A DNA stretch of 64,000 nt from Acidimicrobiia bacterium (GTDB taxonomy: Bacteria > Actinomycetota > Acidimicrobiia > Acidimicrobiales > Bin134), in assembly GCA_022827725.1 (NCBI GenBank), contig JAJEIJ010000038.1, positions 13,324-77,323 of the forward strand. The letters run 5' to 3'. How positions within the stretch are numbered: position 1 is the first letter of the stretch; the number at the start of each line of letters is the position of its first letter. A program made the position numbers and the translations under genes. Of this stretch, positions 27,885-35,631 are shown piece by piece. The notes below the pieces were generated by a model. That model searched no databases and was not told the DNA's origin. It worked only from the letters and a program-made list of their open reading frames with translations.

Positions 27885-29153
27885 GTGTCGTCCTTGCCCC
27901 AATACCTGCTGCCTGACAACGCCTCGGTGGCGTCCGACGGACGGCTGTCCATTGCCGGTTGCGATGTACTGGACCTGGCGGGGGAGTTCGGTACCCCGCT
28001 GTTTGTCTACGACGAAGCCCACGTGCGGGATCGGTGCCGCCAAGCCCGGGCTGCGTTCGCCGGGTCGGTGGCCTATGCCTCCAAGGCGTTCTTGTGTCTG
28101 GCCATGGCCCGTCTGATTCACGAGGAGGGCCTCGATCTGGACGTTGCCACCGGGGGAGAGCTCCATGTGGCTCAAGCCGCCGGAGTGCCCGCAGACCGGT
28201 TGGTGATGCACGGCAACAACAAGTCGGCTGCCGAGCTCGCGGCCGCGGTCGAAGCCGGGGCGGGCCGCATCGTGGTGGACTCGTTCGACGAGCTCGACCG
28301 CTTGGACGCCCTCCACGCCGCCACCGGCACCCGCCCACGGGTGCTGCTGCGGATCACTCCGGGAGTGGAAGCTCACACCCACGAATACGTCACCACCGGG
28401 GTGGACGACACCAAGTTCGGCTTCACCGCCTCGAACGGGACAGCCGATGCTGCCATCCGCCGGGCCCGGGAATCCGACTCCGTGGAGTTGGTGGGCCTGC
28501 ACGCCCACATCGGCAGCCAGGTGTTCGAGATGCGCTCTTTCCAGCAGGCCGTCGAGGTGATCGCCGGATTCGCCCAGCCCTACGGCCTGCCCGAGCTCTC
28601 GTTGGGCGGCGGCTTGGGCGTGGCCTACGTCGAGGGCGAATCGGCGCCCACCATCGCCGAATGGGCCGCGGCCATTGCCGAGGCCTGCGCGTCAGCCGGT
28701 TTCACCGCACCGGTGAGCGTGGAACCGGGCCGGGCCTTGGTAGCCGCTGCTGCAGTCACCCTGTACGAGGTGGGCACCATTAAGGAGCTGTCCGGCATCC
28801 GAACCTACGTCTCGGTGGACGGCGGCATGAGCGACAACCCCCGCCCCGTGCTTTACGGCAGCGGCTACGAGACGTTCCTGCCCCGGGCCACCGACCGCGA
28901 TCGGGACAAGACCGTCCGGGTGGTGGGCAAGCACTGCGAGTCTGGCGATTTGCTGGTGCGAGACGGCCAGGTGCCCGGCGATATCTCGGTGGGTGACATC
29001 CTGGCCACCCCGGTGACCGGCGCCTACGGCCACTCCATGGGCTCCAACTACAACAAGGTCCCCCGCCCCGCCGTGGTTTTCGCCCGCGACGGCGACGCCC
29101 GCCTAGTCGTCCGACGCGAGACCTACGAAGACCTCCTCCGCAACGACGTCTAG
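27885..29153 (+). CDS. lysA: Diaminopimelate decarboxylase
   Basis: 422 aa with full-length similarity to LysA (PLP-Lys region AYASKAF; CESGD motif). GTG start. TAG stop at 29151-29153. Confidence 0.92.
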   Translation: MSSLPQYLLPDNASVASDGRLSIAGCDVLDLAGEFGTPLFVYDEAHVRDRCRQARAAFAGSVAYASKAFLCLAMARLIHEEGLDLDVATGGELHVAQAAGVPADRLVMHGNNKSAAELAAAVEAGAGRIVVDSFDELDRLDALHAATGTRPRVLLRITPGVEAHTHEYVTTGVDDTKFGFTASNGTADAAIRRARESDSVELVGLHAHIGSQVFEMRSFQQAVEVIAGFAQPYGLPELSLGGGLGVAYVEGESAPTIAEWAAAIAEACASAGFTAPVSVEPGRALVAAAAVTLYEVGTIKELSGIRTYVSVDGGMSDNPRPVLYGSGYETFLPRATDRDRDKTVRVVGKHCESGDLLVRDGQVPGDISVGDILATPVTGAYGHSMGSNYNKVPRPAVVFARDGDARLVVRRETYEDLLRNDV

Positions 29154-32100
29154 CCAGTCGCCCCAGTCTTCGCTGAGGCGATCTGGATTATGGAGGGGTG
29201 GCCGTTTTGGATTAGGTAGCCGCGGCCGGGGATTGTCGGGAGGGTGGGGCGGGTGGGGAGTTGGATGGTGAACAGGTCGCCGTCGAGGGGGGTGGGTTGG
29301 AGTAGGACTCCTGTGCGGGAGAAGCGGATCTCTGCGGTCCAGTGGCCGTAGGCGGTGCGGAGGCGGTCGGCGCGGCCGGCGGCCACGATGTGCAAACCGG
29401 AGGGGCTGTCGGCGGCCAGCATCTTTAAGGCGCCATCAGGGTCGGGAACCGTCTCGGCGTCGTCGATGAGCACCAGGGTTGGGGTGTCGGTCGCGCCGGT
29501 TGGAGCCAGCAGTTCTTCTAGGTCGGAACCTACGTGCTGGACGCCGGAGCACTCGACCAAGGAAGATTCCCCAAAGACAAGAGCAACCACACGCGCTCCG
29601 CCCGCAACCGCCGCTTCGGCCAGCAAGGCAAGCGCCGCTGACCGCCCCGACCGGGCCGGGCCCAGAATGAGCGCGTGCTCGCCGGGGTAGAGGGTGAGGC
29701 CGGTCGGGGCCATCGTGTCGTCGCTCAACCCCAGCGGGAGGTACCACGGGGAGTCGTCCAGGCGGGGCTGGTCCAGGCGGGTGGGATGGACGACGGCAGG
29801 CAGGCTCTCCACCGGTGGCGGGCCGCCGGACTGGGGGCAGGCCTCGGCGATGGCGGCTGCCGCGGTGGCCAGCCCTCCGTCGGGCACTGCGACTTGGAGC
29901 TCGATTCCCGACGGGACGGTGAAACCTCGACCAGGGGGCAAAGTGGCGGGATCGTCTACGGCCACGCCCCACTGTCGGTATAGCACGGGGTCGCCCAAGC
30001 GGAACACGAAGGTCTGGGGGGTGGCGGCCTGGATGGTGCGGCTCACTTTGGAAAGTTGGTCGGAGGCTGCGGCGAGGACCAGGCCGACAGCCGGGCCCTC
30101 GGCCCACACCCGTTCCAAGGAGGCCAACAAAGCGTGGTCGGCCACGTTGTCAAGGCTCTTGGCCAGGCCGCCCCAGTTGTCGACCAAAGCCAACACGAGC
30201 GGAGGGTTGGAATCAGAGGGGCTCCGGCTTTGGCCCAGCCTTTGGTCGAGTTCGTCTTCCAGTCGGCGGATCAGCCTGCGGATTCGATCGCGCTCATCGG
30301 GGCCCACCACCGCGCCGCAGTGGGGCAGGGCCATCAGGGGGACCAGCTGACCCGAGCCGGAATCGATGGCGTAGAGGTGGCATTCGGCTGGCGAGTATCG
30401 ACTGGTCAAGGAAATGCCCAGCGTTCCCAGCGCGGTGGTGGTGCCGCTGCCTGGGCTGCCCGCGAAGAGGACGTTGCCTTGATCGGGATCCCACTCCAAG
30501 GGGTATTGGGTCTGCTGGTTGGGGTCGTCGGCTAGGGCGAACACAGCGCTTGGGCCAGCCTCGACGGTTAGAGAGTCCAGCGAGACCGTTGTTGGCAGGG
30601 GGTCGGGCCAGGGCTGTCGGGGCGGGGAGCCGCCCCAGCCGTCCCAGGCGGTGATCGCGGCAGCGGCCAAGCGGGTCAGGTCGTCGGGGGTCTGGTTGCC
30701 AGAAGCAGCCTCGGCCTCAGGGGTTGGAATGCCGTCGGGTGCGGGAGAGACCCGGACACCTTGCTGGACGGCGGTTACCCCGGTGACCAGAGCGCACTGG
30801 AACTCCACCAGTTCGCCGGGGCCGAATCGGGCGAATGCCCGACCGGGTCGATGTCGGCCGATGGCCGCGGCCTCCGGGCTGTCGAGCACGTCGGCCGAGT
30901 CGGCGGGGTCTAGCACCCGCAGTGCGATTCGCAGCGCAGTGTTGGTGCGGATGTTGGCGCTCACGGCCCCCGCGGGGCGCTGGGTGGCCAGCACCAGGTG
31001 CATGCCCAGGCTGCGACCCCGCTGGGCCACATTCACCAGCGCGTCCATGAAACCGGGCAGCTCGGCAGCCAGGGCGGCGAACTCGTCGATGACCACCACT
31101 AGGCGGGCCAGCGGCGACCAGGGTTCATCGGGCCTGGCTTGGGCCATCGACCAGTAATGGGCCAGGTCGGTGGCCCCTCGATCTCGGAGCACTTGCTCGC
31201 GGTGGCGTAGTTCGGCTTCCAAACAGCGCAGGGCTCGCTCCGCCAGCCGGTCGTCGAGATCGGTGACCAACCCCACCACATGGGGCAGCGAAGCGCAGGC
31301 GTCGAATGCGCTGCCGCCCTTGTAGTCCACCAGTACGAAGTTGACCCGCTCAGGCGAGTAGGTAGCGGCCAGTGAGGCCACCAGCGTGCGCAGCAACTCG
31401 CTTTTGCCCGACCCGGTCGTACCGCCCACCAAGGCATGGGGGCCGTCGGCGACCAGGTCGGCCATCAACGGTCCGTGGCTGTCGGCTCCGATGGGAGCAG
31501 CCAGGCTGTCGGCTTGCCGATCTTCCCCCCAGCGATAGGCGATCGCCTTCGACAGTGCCGAGGAGTCAACCGATGGGTCGGGACCATCGCAGGCGGGCAA
31601 TCCGAGGAGGTCGAACAGCGATGATCGGTCGGGAATGCCGGAATCAGCGCCGGTTTGCTCGGGGTCTTCGTAGCGGGCCAAGCCGCGGGCGGCATCCCGG
31701 GCCAGGCCCAAGCTCATCCCGGTGGACAGCACTGAGCCGAAGGTTTTGCCCGATTGAGACAGATCGACGGTGCCGGAAAGGTCGCGGGCTTCGATTACCG
31801 CGGTGGCGGTGGAGGGGAGTTGGTCGACGCTGGCGGCCAGCACGATGGCCGAGACTGGCCCAGACAAGCCCTGAAGCAGGGGTCGCAGCGGCGGTGCTCT
31901 CCCGGTGGCCAGATTCTCCCCGTCGGCCACCACCAGCAGTTGTGGCCAGTGGCCCTTCCCCCGGCGGTCCCAGGCCTCGGCCAACTCCCCGGCGATTTCC
32001 GCCACGGCGGTGCGGTGGTTAGCCATCAGATGCGGCCGCCCGAGGGCGTAGTGGGTGGAGTGGGGGAGCCAGGCGGTCCACGTCCAAACCGGTGCGGCAA

Positions 32101-33331
32101 CCTCATCGGCGGCCACCAGCAAGGCCAGATCAGCCGGGCCGTGATAAGCGACCGCTTGGATGAGCAGGCTTCGGGCCATGGCAGTGGTGGCGCTGCGGGG
32201 GCCCACCAAGCCGACCAGCTTGCCCGGACCCAGACCAACGGCAATGGGAGAGTCGGGCATCCGACCGAGCTGATCGAGAACCGCGGTTGCCTCATCGGCG
32301 GGCTGCGGGCCGTTGACGGCCAGCTCGGGATCGAAAGGGACAGGGCCGTGGGCGGCTACCAGCGACAGGAAGTCGTCGTGGTCGGGCCTTCTCTCCCAGA
32401 GCCGGACGCTGGGTTGGCGGATTCGCCTGACTGCCTCGGCGAGGTGGGGATGCAGGTTGCGCCGCCGACGGCTTTCCGCTGCGTGCGCCGCCTCGGCCGC
32501 CGCTTGGAACTCCCTTAGGGATGCCTGCGACCGTCGCAGGGATCGTCGGCGCTGAGTGCGGTCGCGGCGGCGGTTGTCAAACCAGTTGGCACCCATCATC
32601 AGCGGGCTGAGCAGGGCGAACAGCGCCATGTAGGGGCTGTAGAGCACTGCCATCAACAGTCCGACCAACAGCGGTCCGGCCAGCGCGGCCCAGCCGAATG
32701 AAATCGTCCGAGGCGATCGCTGCGGTTCTTCAGCGGGGGCAGGGAGTGGTTCGGGCCGCGGGGGAAGCGCCGGACGGGGAGGGCGGTTCAGAGCGATCCT
32801 CCCATAGCTGGTTCGCCCCAGGATGGGGGCCGGTTGGGCCGGCCGGTCGTCGGGCGCGTTGGAGACTTGAACCAGCGCACCGCCCAGCCGCAGCGGCGTG
32901 GAGGGCTCCACCGCGGCTGGCTCATCGTCGCCCACAACGGCAAAGAACTGTCCGTCTCGGCGTTCCAAGCGGGCGTGATGGGGTCGCAGCCCCATGTGAG
33001 GAAGGGTGAGGTCGGCGTCGGGGGAGCGGCCCAGGCTCAATCCCTCCGCGGGAAGCGAAAGGCGGTCGCCGGCGCACAGCCCTCCCACCACCTCCAAAGC
33101 CCACCCAGGCTGGTCGGGTGCCGGACCAGGACGGACACCCACACGGGTGCCGTCGGCCACCCCGGCCTCGTCTAGGCCGCGGTTGGCTTCCATCCACTGG
33201 TCGCCCACCCACAGTCCGTCAATCGGCGCAGGCAGGCCCAGCACCTCGGCCAGTTCCCCTACATCGGCCATTGCACCGCCGTCGATGCTCACCTCCCGGG
33301 CGCCTTCCGGCCCGTGGTAGAGCAGGCGCAC
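29150..33331 (-). CDS. FtsK/SpoIIIE-family type VII secretion ATPase (EccC/EssC-like) with N-terminal ubiquitin-like + FHA module
   Basis: 1393 aa. Layout: aa 1-67 beta-grasp-like segment, aa ~77-157 FHA-like (LSLGRSPDADLTL...HHARLERRDGQFFAV), two TM helices (~aa 211-249), then four P-loop modules. Only one Walker A is canonical (GGTTGSGKSE, aa 636-645, with Walker B LVVVIDEF). The others read GPRSATTA, GSPGSGTT and GPARSGRS. Confidence 0.85.
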   Translation of the reverse strand: MRLLYHGPEGAREVSIDGGAMADVGELAEVLGLPAPIDGLWVGDQWMEANRGLDEAGVADGTRVGVRPGPAPDQPGWALEVVGGLCAGDRLSLPAEGLSLGRSPDADLTLPHMGLRPHHARLERRDGQFFAVVGDDEPAAVEPSTPLRLGGALVQVSNAPDDRPAQPAPILGRTSYGRIALNRPPRPALPPRPEPLPAPAEEPQRSPRTISFGWAALAGPLLVGLLMAVLYSPYMALFALLSPLMMGANWFDNRRRDRTQRRRSLRRSQASLREFQAAAEAAHAAESRRRRNLHPHLAEAVRRIRQPSVRLWERRPDHDDFLSLVAAHGPVPFDPELAVNGPQPADEATAVLDQLGRMPDSPIAVGLGPGKLVGLVGPRSATTAMARSLLIQAVAYHGPADLALLVAADEVAAPVWTWTAWLPHSTHYALGRPHLMANHRTAVAEIAGELAEAWDRRGKGHWPQLLVVADGENLATGRAPPLRPLLQGLSGPVSAIVLAASVDQLPSTATAVIEARDLSGTVDLSQSGKTFGSVLSTGMSLGLARDAARGLARYEDPEQTGADSGIPDRSSLFDLLGLPACDGPDPSVDSSALSKAIAYRWGEDRQADSLAAPIGADSHGPLMADLVADGPHALVGGTTGSGKSELLRTLVASLAATYSPERVNFVLVDYKGGSAFDACASLPHVVGLVTDLDDRLAERALRCLEAELRHREQVLRDRGATDLAHYWSMAQARPDEPWSPLARLVVVIDEFAALAAELPGFMDALVNVAQRGRSLGMHLVLATQRPAGAVSANIRTNTALRIALRVLDPADSADVLDSPEAAAIGRHRPGRAFARFGPGELVEFQCALVTGVTAVQQGVRVSPAPDGIPTPEAEAASGNQTPDDLTRLAAAAITAWDGWGGSPPRQPWPDPLPTTVSLDSLTVEAGPSAVFALADDPNQQTQYPLEWDPDQGNVLFAGSPGSGTTTALGTLGISLTSRYSPAECHLYAIDSGSGQLVPLMALPHCGAVVGPDERDRIRRLIRRLEDELDQRLGQSRSPSDSNPPLVLALVDNWGGLAKSLDNVADHALLASLERVWAEGPAVGLVLAAASDQLSKVSRTIQAATPQTFVFRLGDPVLYRQWGVAVDDPATLPPGRGFTVPSGIELQVAVPDGGLATAAAAIAEACPQSGGPPPVESLPAVVHPTRLDQPRLDDSPWYLPLGLSDDTMAPTGLTLYPGEHALILGPARSGRSAALALLAEAAVAGGARVVALVFGESSLVECSGVQHVGSDLEELLAPTGATDTPTLVLIDDAETVPDPDGALKMLAADSPSGLHIVAAGRADRLRTAYGHWTAEIRFSRTGVLLQPTPLDGDLFTIQLPTRPTLPTIPGRGYLIQNGHPSIIQIASAKTGATG

Positions 33332-33394
33332 AGGCCGCTCTGACGGTGCAGGTCCGACTGCGGACTCAGACGAGGACGAAGGCAGGCAGCACCA

Positions 33395-33664
33395 TCAGAC
33401 CGAGTCGAGGGCCGCGATGGTGTTCTGGCGCTCAAGGCCGATTGAGGTAGCCAAATCGGTAAGCGCCTCTTGCAACTGCCCGAGCGAGGGCGACCATTGC
33501 TCGTGCCAGGTGCCGCGGAATCGCTCGGAACGGCTGCCCGTCCAGGTGGTGCCCTCCAAGGTGGCGGTCAGGCGGGTGCGGAGGTCTTCCACCTGTCCGG
33601 CGAACGCAGTGAATTGCTGCTGGAGGTGGTCCATCTCCTCGGTGTTCATGGTGAGCACAGACAT
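33395..33664 (-). CDS. WXG100 family (EsxA/EsxB-like) protein
   Basis: 89 aa, predicted helix-turn-helix with a central W41-T-G43 and typical flanking heptad pattern. Lies 63 nt upstream of the EccC-like gene. Confidence 0.8.
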   Translation of the reverse strand: MSVLTMNTEEMDHLQQQFTAFAGQVEDLRTRLTATLEGTTWTGSRSERFRGTWHEQWSPSLGQLQEALTDLATSIGLERQNTIAALDSV

Positions 33665-33712
33665 GGTGAGGCCTTTCGGTCGGCTGATCCCTCGGGCAGA
33701 TCAGGCGGGACC

Positions 33713-33747
33713 ATCTTGATAGTCGCCTAGAAGTGATATATCAAGAT
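33713..33747. promoter_or_regulatory. AT-rich island with 9-bp inverted repeat ATCTTGATA-N17-TATCAAGAT and nested 10-bp palindrome TGATATATCA
   Basis: Read directly. Lies 50-85 nt upstream of the WXG100 start (33664), between the amidohydrolase stop and the WXG100 gene. Confidence 0.4.
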
Positions 33748-33759
33748 ATTTATCGAAAA

Positions 33760-35094
33760 TTATTGTTTGTCAATGTACTCGTCGAAAGCGGCCTTGACCC
33801 ATGAGAGATCATCGGCGGCCACCCGGCTGCGGGTGAGGTCTGGATCGATCCCATAAACCCGGGCTGCGTTCAACCCGAGAATCTTCTCTTTGATGCGGGG
33901 GGTGAGCTCTGGGTACCCGTGGCGTTGACGCAGCTCCTCAGGAATCTGAAAGGCCCGGAAGGCGTCGATGAGCGGCTGCGGCGACCCGTACCAAATCGAG
34001 TCGCTGCCCCACACCACGTTGTCCTCGCCGACCGCATTGAGCAGCTTTCCGAGTACGTGGGCCGCTTCCCGAGGCCGACGCGAAAGCACATACCAGGTGC
34101 TTCCCAGCTCGGCGTAGACATTGCCGCCCGGACCGATCCCGGCATCGGCCAGGCTCTTGATCAGGCGGTCGGTGCCGACGGGGGCCTGCTGGTCGTAAGG
34201 GCCTTCTTCCTCATCGCCCACTGGTGTCTCATACCCGGAGTGATAGACGAGGAAGTCGATGTCGGGAAAGCTGGCCGCAGCCGGGCCGATGTCGGCTGGC
34301 GACCCGGCCGGGGCCAGGGCGCTGATTCCCTTGTGGGCACAGACGATGCCCACCCCCAGTTCGCGGCTCCTCTCCAGGAACGTCAGTCCGCACTCCTCGT
34401 CGTCGAGTCGCCATCCCGGCTGATCCCCCCATCCTGCGATGGTGTAGACCTTCCATCCCGCAGGGTTGTTGTGCTCTTTCAACTCCTCCAGCCGATCCAA
34501 CTCCTCTGGTGCGTTGGGGTGGACGATCGAGTGGTTGATCAGCCGGCCGGTGCCCGCCAGGCGATCAATCAGCTCGCGGGTTGCGGCGATTTCCGGGTTG
34601 GTGAGAATGGTGTGGCCATCGTCCCCGGGAGTGCAGGTGAGCACTGCGGCAGCGGTCTCGCTCTCCAAGAAGATGTGACGCAGGTAGCTGCCGAGATCGA
34701 GATGGATTGCCGGATCCAGCCCCTGCCAGCGATCCGGGGCCACGTCGCGAATGAACCCCATGATTCCCTCGACACCAGGGGCTACGGCGCGATGACTGGC
34801 GATGTAGTGCGTTTGAACATCGATCACCAGCTCGTTGCCGCCGAACGCCGCGTCGGCGGCTTCCGGGTCGGTCTCGGCTTGCGGGTCGACCGCGTAGTAG
34901 CCGCCGCCCCAGGCCTCGTCTATGGCTCTCAGCGCGGTCGCCGTCCCCCGTCGGCTCGCCGCGTACTGGTGCTGACGGAAAAGCGAGTCGCCCGCGGCCT
35001 CTGCCCGTTCCACGGCTTTTCCCACCGCCCACAGATCCCGCCTCGACCACGCCACAGGCCGGTACTCGTCGCTGCTGCGGTGTTGCAGCAGCAC
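33760..35094 (-). CDS. Amidohydrolase-2 (ACMSD/TIM-barrel metal hydrolase) family protein
   Basis: 444 aa, GTG start. Barrel N-terminal motif IDVQTHY (Gln where the first His of HxH usually sits) after a ~90-aa N-terminal extension. Later motifs VYHSGYE and GSDS. Confidence 0.65.
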   Translation of the reverse strand: MLLQHRSSDEYRPVAWSRRDLWAVGKAVERAEAAGDSLFRQHQYAASRRGTATALRAIDEAWGGGYYAVDPQAETDPEAADAAFGGNELVIDVQTHYIASHRAVAPGVEGIMGFIRDVAPDRWQGLDPAIHLDLGSYLRHIFLESETAAAVLTCTPGDDGHTILTNPEIAATRELIDRLAGTGRLINHSIVHPNAPEELDRLEELKEHNNPAGWKVYTIAGWGDQPGWRLDDEECGLTFLERSRELGVGIVCAHKGISALAPAGSPADIGPAAASFPDIDFLVYHSGYETPVGDEEEGPYDQQAPVGTDRLIKSLADAGIGPGGNVYAELGSTWYVLSRRPREAAHVLGKLLNAVGEDNVVWGSDSIWYGSPQPLIDAFRAFQIPEELRQRHGYPELTPRIKEKILGLNAARVYGIDPDLTRSRVAADDLSWVKAAFDEYIDKQ

Positions 35095-35126
35095 CGGGAT
35101 CGGCAGGAGTCTGGCAGGCGAGATGG

Positions 35127-35489
35127 CTATTGAAAATAGCTTGCTTGCAGCTCGAGTTCACGAGCTTCTTCTCGCTGCGCGGCCTCGGCGGCCTGCTCGA
35201 CTCGGGCCGCGTCGGCGTGCAGTTCGTCGGCCCGGGCTTGGAGCCGGCGGGCCACCTGCTCGATTTCGTAGCGCAACCGAACAAGATGGGTGTGCTGGTG
35301 CCGAAGCCGGAGGCGGCTGGCGTCGGCGACAGCCGAAAGCCACACCGCGGGTACATGACGGGCCACTGGCCTGTCGAGAACGTGGTCTAGCCCGTACCAG
35401 ATCTGGTCGACGTCAGTTCGAACCTGTTCGCACGCCGCGGCCTGACGACGCAGGTCGGCGGCGATGGAGAACAGCTCGTAAGACGACAT
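35127..35489 (-). CDS. Hypothetical all-helical protein, possible divergent WXG100-like/T7SS-associated protein
   Basis: 120 aa, helix-rich, with W31-Y-G33 after a ~27-aa amphipathic helix and a C-terminal Ala/Glu/Arg coiled-coil-like tail. First gene of the minus-strand block. Confidence 0.4.
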   Translation of the reverse strand: MSSYELFSIAADLRRQAAACEQVRTDVDQIWYGLDHVLDRPVARHVPAVWLSAVADASRLRLRHQHTHLVRLRYEIEQVARRLQARADELHADAARVEQAAEAAQREEARELELQASYFQ

Positions 35490-35493
35490 GGCG

Positions 35494-35542
35494 CACTTAA
35501 AATATATTGTTTAAACAGAAAAGCAATGAAAACTCTTAAGTG
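35494..35542. promoter_or_regulatory. AT-rich island with inverted repeat CACTTAA-N35-TTAAGTG and 10-bp palindrome TGTTTAAACA (35508-35517)
   Basis: Read directly. Lies in the divergent region between the 120-aa gene (start 35489) and hom (start 35632). Confidence 0.4.
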
Positions 35543-35631
35543 GGGGAAATCTTGCCAGTTGGGTCGGGCTGAGCCGGTACCGTGGAGATGGTGAGCGACT
35601 CTTTCAAGACGCGAATCGTCGTGGTGAACTG

